A stretch of 63,605 bases of DNA, counting the filler, from Platydemus manokwari (Eukaryota): the NCBI GenBank assembly GCA_037951405.1. It is 5 parts of 5 records of this genome, joined end to end, with 100 filler letters (N's around TTAATTAATTAA, not from the genome) between each part and the next. Parts side by side here need not be neighbours in the genome. Positions count along the whole stretch, not along the records: positions 1 to 14,968 come from JBBMOY011368093.1; positions 15,069 to 24,511 come from JBBMOY011249096.1; positions 24,612 to 35,762 come from JBBMOY010873310.1; 2 more parts are not named here. One strand, given 5' to 3'. The position numbers and the translations under genes were made by a program. The notes under the pieces were generated by a model, which had not been told where the DNA came from, ran no database searches, and saw only the letters and a program-made list of their open reading frames with translations. Below, in pieces: positions 12,877 to 24,678 of the stretch (within the stretch, counting starts at the first letter, position 1; each line of letters starts with the position of its first letter).

Positions 12877-13832
12877 TTATACAAAATAATTTCCGCCAGC
12901 GTGATCGTGAAGAACACATTGTTTTCCAACTTTCACAGAGAATGAAATACATTTCGAGAAATTCAAACATAGTTTTCCGCATTCAATATTCGGTCGAACA
13001 TGTATTTCCATAAGATTGGTTATATTTTCATAATCTTTAATCAATTCACCGAAACGATCTAAAATAATTTAATCAATTATCAGAACCGTATCGAAAATGA
13101 TACAAATCATTGAATTTGATTTTACAAATTCGTATCCAAATACATCAACTTCACAGATATTGATTGAATCTAATTCATAAGGTTTGGAAATAATCAATGT
13201 CCTCGAAATCTAAAAAAACTATTTTGACTAAAAACAGTTAAAAATCAATACAAATCTATTGAATGAAATATGAGTTATTGCGGTTTTAGCTGGGCCTTTA
13301 AAGTAATTAATTTTGTAGAATTTTGAGGAGTTCATAAAAAAAGTTTGATAACAATCATAGCTACCGTAAAATGAAAGCATTTTAGTTCGATGAGCTGAAA
13401 TTTCATGTAGTGATATATATCAAGAAAAACAAGCAAAAAACAAACTATTTGTACAAATTCTATTATAAATTGTCACCGTAGTAATAACGGAAACGTGATC
13501 GAGAACCACCATCCACCATTTAATATTGAATTTTTCTTGACTGTGATAACATGAATCTAAAAACTATGTAGAATTGTAAATCATGGTATATACTTACTAT
13601 TAAACATATTCCCGTCGTAATTTCCATCAACAGCTTTGTCAGAAGAATAATGTTTTTTGTGAAATAGGACATTGGCAGCAAATGTTGGCCGTTTTCTTGA
13701 CAGTAATGCAACTAAAAAATATTCACAGAAAAATTGAAATAAAAACGCATTACCATTGTTAGCATTGATATGTTCCATCAAATACAACAAATCGATAAGA
13801 AATATTTCAAAATTTAATAACAACTTATACAT
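12877..13832 (-). CDS. Secreted F-type lectin (FTP/F5-8C fold) plus C-terminal PAN/apple domain protein; 6 exons, 5 short introns
   Basis: Spliced by eye at GT-AG introns of about 40-60 nt: hydrophobic leader | NVALLSRKRPT...KAVDGNYDG | SCYHSQ...WWMVVLD...VTIYNRI | SHRTKML...NRF | ISRTLII...ICEVDVFG | ...IECGKLCLNFSKCISFSVKVGKQCVLHD...FV*. Confidence 0.85.
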
Positions 13833-14892
13833 TTAAGAGATGGAAAAAGTAAACAAGAGATAAAACAAATAAATCCAATAGGGAAACTAGGTGGTAATAA
13901 ACAATCTACATAAATTTCTTAAAATTTGTTATCCAATTAAAATAGAAAAACCTTTACACTGCGAACACTTTGATTATAAAATAATATATTATTATGATGT
14001 TATGATTGGAAAATAAAATTTCGGAATGTTCAACTTTCAGTATGAAGCGTGTTATGATGATTGTGACGATTTTAATCATAATAATTGATCAAGTTTTGTA
14101 ATTTTCAGTGAACAACATAGTTAAATAAATTTAATAACACTTTAGATGACACAATAGTTATTAACAGATGATATTCTCAGCATATGTTTGGAGCCTTGAC
14201 ATTATATTAGGTTAATTGCATTTCAATTGATTTATATGGTATTGTTTGTCTCTTACAAGTAAAAATATTCTTGATAAATTATAAAATTTATATAATGACT
14301 TATCACTAAACATTTTAACATTTATTGATTTTATTTTTTAGAATTTCTATTTTATTGATATTAAATTAAAAATATTTGTTTTACTGATAAAATCTATAAC
14401 TTAATAATTATCTACATGAAATTCTGTTTATATTCATAACATTATTGATTTCTTGTAAAAGAGGTATTGATTTGAAAAAATCATCATAGTAGTCATGTAC
14501 AATTTTATTAAATAAAAATGCTAGTGAGATTATTATCTTGTAGTTATGGAGACTAAAATGGACATTATATTAATGACGCTTGCAGTATTACACGATTACT
14601 GGAACCGTGTAATGTAATGAATAAAATTTTATACCCCATTAATATAAGCACATGTTTTATTATGAATTATTATAGAATTGAAGATCATTTATACTGAAAT
14701 CTATATTTCAAATAATCATCCTGAAAGCCTGTTCAATTATCATGATAATATTTTGTTAATAATTATGATAAATATACATTAAAATATCATAATATTAAGC
14801 ATGGAGAAGCATTTCCAGAAATTCGAATAAAAGCAATCGAAAAAGGTATGAATTAAAGGAAATTTAATCAATTTGCGATCTAATTCAATAGA

Positions 14893-14968
14893 TATTAGGC
14901 TGAGTCAAAAGTTATTCATGTTTTTTAGTTGTTTAAAGTTTTTGTTTTACCAAATCATTTAAACATAA
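14893..14968 (+). mobile_element. mariner-type terminal inverted repeat, cut by the gap
   Basis: TA + TTAGGCTGAGTCAAAAGTTATTCATGTTTTT resembles cecropia/Hsmar1-type TIRs (TTAGGTTGGTGCAAAAGTAATTGCGGTTTTT). Confidence 0.6.
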
Positions 14969-15068
14969 NNNNNNNNNNNNNNNNNNNNNNNNNNNNNNNN
15001 NNNNNNNNNNNNTTAATTAATTAANNNNNNNNNNNNNNNNNNNNNNNNNNNNNNNNNNNNNNNNNNNN
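14969..15068. other. Artificial contig linker (N44-TTAATTAATTAA-N44)
   Basis: Exactly 100 bp with a six-frame stop 12-mer in the middle. Confidence 0.98.
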
Positions 15069-15149
15069 TCATAGTTTTGGCCCTCCAAATTTTAAAAAAT
15101 CAGCAATGTGGCCCTTTGCTGAAAAAGTTTGGAGACCCCTGCTCTAGAA
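15069..15149. mobile_element. End of a hAT-Charlie-like element
   Basis: ...AAAAGTTTGGAGACCCCTG (reverse complement CAGGGGTCTCCAAACTTTT) followed by CTCTAGAA, the NTCTAGAN target typical of Charlie elements. Confidence 0.75.
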
Positions 15150-15649
15150 TAAGCAGGTAATTAACTCGACCAAACACTATGAAAAACTCTTGAAATGGTA
15201 CACAGATGAGTGAGAATCACCATCAAGCAGTAAATCGGAAATATCGAAATTGGTATATGCCTATTGGTAATGGGAAGTCATAAATAAAGTCCTTAAGGTT
15301 ATGAACTAGAATATTTGATAACAAATGAAAATCTAATATGTACAACAAATTTAATATAAAGATTTTATCGGTCTTTAATCGGCAATTTACTTGATAATTT
15401 TTATCGACCTTTGTTTCATCTTTCAGTTAAACCCCTTTCATATTATAATTTTACTTTATCCGTACGGATCTTTATCTGATTGTATCTCAATGTAAACGAT
15501 AACAAAGTTTTATTCTTATCATATTTTTTGTTATTACTCAATAAAATGAAAAGCATGAATAGAATTCGAATATTATAACCATCCAAATGACGAGCTATTC
15601 TGTAACACGAAAAATTGGAACAATATTAACCTCCTTCAACAAAGTAGTT

Positions 15650-15860
15650 TGGATACTAAGTTCATTTATCATAGAAGGTTGTTCTGACTTCGGAAGGTCA
15701 CGCACTGAGCCAGTGTTTTCAAACTTCTTTACGAGTCTTTGAATTGTCTCTTTATCTAACTTTGCATTTAATTGCTTTACTGTATTACTGTAATTACAGC
15801 ACTTGTAAAAGTATTTCAAGGCTTTAATCCTTTCTTTAGTTGATTGTCTGTTTTCCATTA
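15650..15860 (-). mobile_element. N-terminal HTH fragment of a Tc1/mariner-superfamily transposase (DUF4817-like)
   Basis: TKERIKALKYFY...TIQRLVKKFENTGSVRDLPKSEQP matches the KFxxTGSVxDxxRSGRP signature. No DDE/D domain follows. Confidence 0.75.
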
Positions 15861-17102
15861 TCGATGAACCTTCCCAAACGTTTCCTTTTAAATCCAATTT
15901 ATGATTAACACAAGCGATGAATCGATAAAGCAAATTTAAAACTCAAATCAATTATAGATTCTGAACGATCTTCTAAAGTATGATTGGAGCCATAAAACAA
16001 CCGTTCAAAGATTTTGATTTACTTTTGTCATACACCTTTCAACTTATCTATATCGTTTGAGATTTCACTTAGCTCTCATTCGTTATCATTTATCAGTGGA
16101 ATATGGGGTCCTGTGTGATTGAATTTTGGCTCCATATCAGCATATCATTCCTTGCGAAGATGATTGTAATAACTTTATATATAAAGCAAATATTGCAATT
16201 TTGCATTAAACTCAAAGCACAGCAATAAATGAAATTAAAAATAAGATCAATAAAAGAGAGGTCTTAAAATAAAGAAATTATGCAACCTCAAAAGTAAAAA
16301 CCTTGCCATTTTAAATGATTTTGTTTAAAAATGGATTTTATTTTATAAGAATAATGCTTTCTACAAAACAAGTATGATTACAAGTTTTCGATAAGCTAAG
16401 CGAAACCAAGTGAAGATAAAAACTAATTTCAAGAATTATTAAAAACAATATGATATTGTAAAAATATTACCTTGGATTTCAATGACATTTCAGGATGTAA
16501 TGAGGTAAAATTCAGTGAATTTGTCATTTCTTCATTCACGCGTGTTGCTTTATTTTTCAACGTTTCGTATTGTATCTTCAGTTGATGCTGTAAAATGTAT
16601 GAATTAATAAAACGATGTAATAATGGAATACCATTGCAATTTAATGAGGAGCACTAAAACAGATATCACCAACTAAAATTGAATTATTTGTTGCTTTGGG
16701 TGGTAATGATCTTACTAATAAATTTCATTTCATTTCATTTATGATAAAAGTTTGAGATATTTTCAGCTGCATGAATAACATTCTCACTTATACGAAAACT
16801 GCAACCAACCAATATGTCACCGTTATATTTTTTTTCAGAATTAAGAACGCGTGAGAGTATTAAACAGGAATTAATATGCTGCTGAATATATTCGTTGTAA
16901 GAATAGCATCGCACTCATAATTTTTAGAAAAAGCACAAAAAATTTTGAGATGAATTTTAATAAGCCAATGTTTTTTCGGTTATATAAGCTTATCAAAGTA
17001 ATTCTGCTTTTTGATTAAATATTTTATCAGAATGAAAATTATTTTTAATAAAGTTAAAATTTAAAAAAAGATAAACTTTACATATAGTTTCATTATTAAT
17101 AT

Positions 17103-17322
17103 TGTTGGACTCTTGACCTTCTAATCTTAATTCCGTTCTGACTATCTAACTATACACTGAGATGGAACACAATTATTTTATTTCCAATTCACATTTAATA
17201 ATACAAATGACACAGGCTAGATTTAACCCATATTCGAGTTAATTAACCGTTATTAATATCAGTTTACACATGAATAAATCCCGATATTAATCAGTGATAT
17301 CAGTACATAGCTACTTACAACC
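17103..17322. mobile_element. Putative solo LTR (about 220 bp)
   Basis: TGTTG...CAACC termini (one mismatch), ATAT on both sides as a possible 4-bp TSD, AATAAA on the minus strand. Confidence 0.4.
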
Positions 17323-18884
17323 ATATTAAATTACTCCATAGTACATTTTATGGATGCTAAAATAAACTATTGTACCTATCTATACAACCACTGTTTCAAG
17401 GCTACGTTGGTGAAGCAAGTTCTTCTCTACAATTGCAAACCATTAAGTTAAAATTTCACATGAAAGCCTACTTATTCTGGTATTTATTGTAGAATTTTTT
17501 CTCAGATTTTACAAATTATAGTGGAGCACAATTTTATTATTTTTTTATTATATGGAATTTTTTATAGTATATTGCAGCAGTTTTTATTTCTCATGCGTTT
17601 AATGTCACATTATCAAATATGTGTGGACTATGTACTTGGGGTTAATTAGAACTTTTAACCCTTCATACTATGCGATAATCTCTCTTGAAATTTTAAAAAT
17701 TCTCTAACAAGTTCAGTTAAAATTGTTGATCTCGATTTATCACAAAAAGATTATAAGTGATTTAAAAAAATTGTTTACAATTTTCAAAAAATAGTTACGT
17801 TAAATTGAAATTTCATGATCGATAAATTATTCTATTGTTATGATAGCAAAATTCACTTTTAATTATACTTGAAACTAAGAATCTTCTTTTGTTCTATTTG
17901 GTTTTTAATTAATTTTTATTAGTATTTTAATAAACTCGATTAATACCAGATCCTTTATTGTAATGGATAAAGTGATACGAATCGATTTATTATATCTAGA
18001 ATATTTATTAAGCTAAATTGAAAGTTTGAAATCAATCAGTAAATCGTATTGATTTTCTGTCGTTTGACTTGCAATCAATCGAAGAGAAATATTTCTAATA
18101 AAAATCTTTTATTTTAAAAACAATTTTTTTTATTAAATGATTTTAAATATGAAAAATAAATGATGGGCAAATGCTGATTCTAAGATGTTACCAGTTGTAA
18201 TAAATCAATAAATCAATAAACACGCAAAAACCATTCGAATACTGTTAAATAAATACATTTGCAGGTAAGGAATTATAGACAGTTAGAACAATGACAGAGA
18301 AAAGAAGTCAAATTGCAAAATATATTTATATCGATTCAATCACGTAGAGTTAAATGACAAAAAATTGTTATAAAGCACTCAAATCTTGCTTGAAAATGCT
18401 TGTTAAACTGGATTTAAATGTTTATGATTCTATAGAAACCTATGAATGGAATCACAAAAAAGTTGAAAAAAATTATAAACCGTAAACAGTCAATTCAATT
18501 ATAAGAAAATCAGTGGGCTTGCCTAATGTCAGCACAGCATAAGACTTTACTTTATTTTGCACCTTCAAAAAACCTTCGGCTGTACATAAGAAACCATAGT
18601 TTGACATAAAACATAGAACATGAAGAAGAATATTAAATTATTTTCATTATTTTAATTTAAAAAGAATTTTAAAATAACTTCAAATTAAATAAAATATAAT
18701 TAATTATAAAATAATATTCAATTTTAAGAAACTATCGATTAAATGAACTCGAAAAAATCCGAAATACTTTAGAAGTATTTTGTTGACAGTTTTAGAAATT
18801 TATTAAGCTATACAGTTGCAAATGAGATTTTTAGTTAAATACCAATCCTATTTTACTCACATTCCCCAAATCTGGATGTCATAA

Positions 18885-19480
18885 ATCTGCTTAAGTTAAG
18901 AAAAAGGGTCCTTTGACCTACTTTCGTTATAACGAATTTTCGCGCATGAGTTAGTTTTATAACTTAATTTTATATATAACTGCTATGTTTGATTTATTCG
19001 TATAATTCTGTTAATATCTCATTTTTTAAGATGTCTAAGAGTGACGAACGTAGTTTTAAAACCAAGTTCCCATTCTAATTACAACACTTCTGTATGATTA
19101 TTTGAGTTTTAAAGTTAAATTTTTATACTAATAAATCGAGTTAGTTAATTACAGACATGTTTAATAATATCATTGGTTATATTTATAAAATAATTGTAAA
19201 AATTGAGAATATCTCTCAATTTGCTTCTAATATAGAAAAAGGGGTTCACTAATTTCCAGCAAACTGCAATTCGACATATTTTGATCCCATTTTCAAATAA
19301 TCAAATTTTAAGAAACTTTGAGGCTCTATTGTATTTAAAATTTGATTTCAAACAACTAGTATTTAAATAAAAAAAATCAAAATGTTTTTAAAGAATTTTA
19401 TTAAATACACTACATAGATTTTTGCTATACACTCAACAAACTTAAAATTTCATTTTAGGGCCCTTTTTTAACCTCATCCC
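18885..19480 (+). repeat. About 600-bp non-autonomous element with imperfect TIR-like ends (longest copy in the window)
   Basis: Left part matches 3392-3530 and right part matches the reverse complement of 35437-35762. Ends GTTAAGAAAAAGGGTCC / GGGCCCTTTTTTAACC are inverted. Confidence 0.7.
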
Positions 19481-20149
19481 ATAAATCGCTAATTATGCCA
19501 TAAAAATCAACAATTATTTCACCAAACGTACCACCTGGCCTTGGGTGCTTATATTGATTGTATTTTGGTTCTTAGACAACACATATCCCTCGCAATTATT
19601 AACTTTAAAGAATATAGTATTTTTACCAATATGAAAGAAATAATGTTTAACCACATCAACTATAACATTAAAAATAATTATTTACGAAGCGTTACGAATG
19701 AGGTTATCAAAAAAAATAAATTAATAAATCCCAAATCAATATTTTTGCATTAAATTACAGTAAATATTGTTTTTTATTAAATTTTGTTTAGGAATGGTAT
19801 CCAGGCATATAGGTCATCCTTAGCTTTTGAAGCGGTTATTTGTATTATTTTTGAAATTTTTAAAGATTGCGTTTTCAACGAATTCCATTAACACATTATT
19901 CATTCGTTTATTTTAAGTTATAAAATAGGATTTTTTGCTAATTTTCTAAAAAAATACAAAAATTAGAAAATAGAAAAAATAAACAATCAAAATTTTCTTA
20001 AAAAACGGCTTTAATCGAAAATTTTATGCCAACAGTTTAAAACTGGTGAATGATTTTTTATTAGGGAAACATCATTACATTATCTAACATAAAATGCCAC
20101 AAAAACTGAGAAAAAAACACGAAGAAATAGTAAAACCAACTTGAGAATT

Positions 20150-23100
20150 TCTCAATTCTGCTTTGACGTTGGCAATTTTAGTCAGTTTGTGTTGGAGTTC
20201 TTCCTTCTGCTTGACTTTTTCAGTCTCCAATTTCATTAAGCTCTCAAAGTTCGTTTCATCTAAAGCATCTTGAAACTCTTCACTAGAATCATCATCATCA
20301 TCCACATCTATAATTCCAGATATATCGATAGATATATTTAAATCTGTATCATTATTCATGAATCTGGCTGATGATTTAAAACCGGGCTTAGCCCGAGGAT
20401 TCACTGGTGGAATGACATTAACAGGGTCATCTACAAATATCATCAATAAACCAATGTCAATTTATTTAATCAGTCTAATATATTTAATAAAAATTCTAAC
20501 TACTTTAGAGACGATAACACAGTTTCTATCGATAATCATTATAGTTTCACTTTCAAAAATTATATTAATAGTAATAAAATATAACCAACAGTTAATATAT
20601 ACCTCATCGCTTGTTAAGATACTCTTCACTTTGTTAGCCGTTCAATGCGTATTGGTTTTATTGAATCTGGAAATTTATTATCGACTTGACGTACCAATCT
20701 GAATCTTTGGTTTGTAAATAGTACCTGCTAATAGATTGTCCATTAACATTAATGTCTAAAAGTTGCTGGAGATGTGGATAATCCAAAGGAAAGTGCAATA
20801 ATGTAATTTCTTCTGAAATTTGTGTAAGCTCAAGCTGGTTTTACTCTTGTCCGATATCTATTGACAAAACATATTTTGCATTTAATTGATTGAAATGCAT
20901 ACTTTATTCGGTCTTCATTAGTTTGGTATAATGATAATTTCAATTTCATTTCACTTCTATTAGCTTAATTCCGCATGCGTTTCAAATTTACACAATTTCA
21001 TAAATTTGCTTCTATCCGGAATTCATTACTGCCTCAACTAGTCTATGGACTCTTATCTCGGGTTCGAATCGCTGGGTCAGCGATTGCTGAACATTTGCTA
21101 GTTCGACAATCATATCTATTATGGATTTTTTTTATTGTGACTATTTCTTCAAGTCAAGATTTAACTGAATCTTCTTTGGTGTCATCTGATTTGAAATTTT
21201 TCACACTATGCCTGCCTCGTTTGAAAGCAGTAAATTAAATGAATAAACAAGATTTAGATTATCAATCAACAGCCACTTCTCTGTATCTCATATACAATTT
21301 GTGGCCTCATGGGCATTTCTTCCATTAATTTTCGAATATTGAAATTTAGGGCTTACTGTACTTGTTTTGGCAAGCTCTCCAGTATTACTTCCTCTGTTGA
21401 TTCATGATCGCCAGTTACATGAATGATATTATCACTCAGTAGATTTATTTTAAAAACTGCACTTTTCCACGAATCACTTATTTAAAGAAATATCTACGTG
21501 CTTGTTTATTTTTACCACGTTACTATCATTGTTTTTTGTCAGTCTTTTCTTTTGGAAATTTTTCTACAAGATACTTTCTTCGAAAGCTCTGACTAAATTT
21601 AAATTATTTAATCTTCAATATAGTGATTTCTCTTGTCTAATATGTGCACACAGGTTTTTCTGCCATTGAAGTTTAAACATTTTTGTGCAAAACTTAAAGT
21701 AGCAGTTCCGTTACCGTTCCTTGTTATTGCATCTATCGATTCAGCGGGGACATTTCCAAATGTCACATTAGTCATACTATATATTTATTTAGATCAAAAA
21801 TAATCATAATATTAGAGATTAAACTTTTTGATATTATGGTGAAATTAAGACTGGAAAAGCACAATATTATGTATAGATTTATTTAATTTTAAATTAAGAT
21901 TGTGAAAACGAGTCAAAATAAGCATGACATAATAAATAAATTAAATATTTTTTACAAAGTGTATAAAATATTCACATTCTTAAGATTTTTTACGAGCTCA
22001 TTTTAATTCATTTAAAATCTTCTGGAAAATTATTTATTGGAAATAAGTGTGATATTAAAAGCAATCTTATATATTATAACTTAATTTAAAACATTTTAAA
22101 GATATTACAATTTTAAATTATAAAACACATTTATTAATAGTACAATTAAATATAAGTCTAATTTTTTAAATTTAAATAAATATAATCATTAAATAAATCT
22201 ATAACTGATTTAGAATTTTAATAATTTAATTGATGATTAGATAACTTTAAAGAATATAAAATTTAATTTAGTATTACGATAACAAAAATTGAAGTTATAT
22301 TGGAGTCATTTCAATCCTTCAATTTTTTGAGCTTTTGACTCTGGATTCGATGCCTGCTTTGAATTAAAATTTTGATTGGCTTATTAGTGAGACAATATTA
22401 TGATTATTAATAGTATCAAATCTCATTTAGTTTTTAGTAGATTTGGTTTGTCATTATTTATCTTGAAATCGGTGGAGTGATTTTTAAGTATACCCATTTC
22501 GATTATTTATCCTGAATTTTTGATATAATTCATCATTAATCCAATTCTGATTTTAATAAATTTCGATTACCTAAAACTTGCTTTTGGTTAAGAATATTCG
22601 TCCTTCTTGCTTCGTAGTAATTGAGCAAAACTTTGTAAGCATTATTCATATATGCATGAAACTCATCGAGTTTTTCGAGATCTATATTTGAAATATTTAA
22701 ATTTTTCAACTGTATCAATGAATAATCTTCATGACGAAGGCTAGGTTTGATCATTTCCTGATCTTCTTGCCATTCTCGAATCATTTCAATTCTGAAATAA
22801 TTTGTAAAACCACAAAAACCGAATAAATCATGACATAATAAGAGCAAGACGTGAATACAAAAGAAAAGAATTTATGAATTTACTTTAAAAATAATCAATA
22901 TGTTCTTTAAACCCATAGCAGCGCTATCAAACGATGTGTACCTAATAGACCGATTATTTGGTTTTAAAATAATAACAGTTAAGACTTATTGGTCGAAGAG
23001 GAGGGAAACTCTATAGTGAGAAAGTATTTAATTAAAATTTATATTAAACATATCAAAAGTTTCTCTTATAAACTCCATTAATTCAAAGAAATTGAGTTGA

Positions 23101-23315
23101 TTGTTCAAAATCAAAATTAATTTATATGACAAATTACTTTCGATTAACGATAATTTCCTGTGCTGAGTGCAACAGTAGCTTGTAATGAGTTATATTTTCG
23201 TTTTCTGAATGATATAAGAAGGACAAATTTTTCAGTCTTTCACCGACACAATCTCTGAATATCACCGTTTCGTACAGCTCTTTGTCTTGCAACATTGCTT
23301 TGAGAAAGCCTTAAG
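20150..23315 (-). pseudogene. Multi-exon gene or pseudogene of unknown function (coiled-coil/acidic segments)
   Basis: Several open segments with AG/GT boundaries (FLKAMLQDKELYETVIFRDC...; IEMIREWQEDQEM...; ISDKSKTSLSLHK...; DDDDDSSEEFQDALD...RNSQ|gt) interspersed with segments carrying in-frame stops. Confidence 0.4.
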
Positions 23316-24511
23316 TAGTAGATTTTATTATTTCAGTCCAGTTTAAAGAAAATTAATTAATTAATTTGAAGATTTTTGTATAGAATTAGCATATGATGAC
23401 CGACATTGTAATTCTTTAAAAATCTTCTTTTATTCTTTTATAAAGTGTTTTGAACATATAGATTAGCTATTTCAATGTTTAATAGAAATGAATCACTCAA
23501 ATTGGACTACTATTGGCGAAAGAAATAAGTTCTGTTGGAATGATCTGATAACATTAACTACACCAGGTTTCTTTTCACGAAGACTTTCTCGTGTGACTTG
23601 GAAATAATTTATTTATGAAGACACAACACATTCTGTTATTATGTGATGTTAACAACAAAGAGCAAAAAATTGCCAATTATCTTTATTCGTAGTGAAATTT
23701 GACCAGAATTTGATGAAAGAAGTTAATTTATTGAAAATAAGATTTGACAAGGAATTCGAACCTATTTCTGAATTCTATACCCAATAAAGAAGACCGTATT
23801 GATTTTCATTAAATTCTATTGGTTATCTAATAATACCGTAAAGCAGAGGTAAAAGTTACATTTTATCAAATACGTATTCAGTATAAAATAAATTATATTA
23901 ATATTACGTATATGAAAATGGTATTTCATGATATTTAAGAGATAAATTCGTATTTATGCTGTTGATATCGTTTCTTTAAGGATTGAAAAAATAACTTCTT
24001 TTCTGTGTTTTTATTAAGATATTTGGAATATTTATTATTATATATTTATTAAGATATATTGAATGTATCACTGAAATCATAATAGAAGCTGTAGTTTTTT
24101 AGGAGCTATTTTATCTCTTAATAAGAAATTTCTACATCATCATTTCAAGCATAGATGTAACCCCTAGGAAACTGGAATTGAAATTGATAGATGCAATGGC
24201 AGTGATAAGTAAGAATAATATACAGTGGTTTTATTTTTATCAACTTTTTAAACTTTCAATTCATTAACCTTACTATCAAAATCTTATAACAATAGCTACA
24301 TTGTATAATAATTAGTTTATTAGTATGAAATTCAATGATGAGATCACACCAGATGATATAATTTATAAACAAACCTATTCATCTATCAAAAATTAAGAAT
24401 ATATTTAGAAAACCTCGTATATTAAGATATTTTCAAAGTAAATAGGCTCTGCAAAAGCTAATATTTGCATAATGTAACTCGGACAACTTTCAAATAGAGC
24501 TATATATTTAC

Positions 24512-24611
24512 NNNNNNNNNNNNNNNNNNNNNNNNNNNNNNNNNNNNNNNNNNNNTTAATTAATTAANNNNNNNNNNNNNNNNNNNNNNNNNNNNNNNNN
24601 NNNNNNNNNNN
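24512..24611. other. Artificial contig linker (N44-TTAATTAATTAA-N44)
   Basis: Same 100-bp structure. Confidence 0.98.
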
Positions 24612-24678
24612 TTATTATTATTATTATTATTATTATTATCATTATTATTATTAATATTATTAACATTATTATTATTAA
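24612..24678. repeat. (ATT)n microsatellite
   Basis: Near-perfect ATT triplets at the contig start. Confidence 0.9.

Noticed and set aside
14530-14850. Exon-like blocks on the plus strand
   Set aside because: Stops in the candidate frames and no recognisable domain.
15013-15024. Recurrent TTAATTAATTAA palindrome as a biological repeat or array
   Set aside because: Always centred in exactly 44+44 Ns; it is an assembly spacer.
15880-16740. Minus-strand exon-like blocks (HQLKIQYETLKNK...)
   Set aside because: Splice phases do not join and downstream blocks contain many stops.
21040-21075. tRNA-like GGTTCGAATC B-box
   Set aside because: No cloverleaf or acceptor stem, and spacing to the A-box-like sequence is too short.
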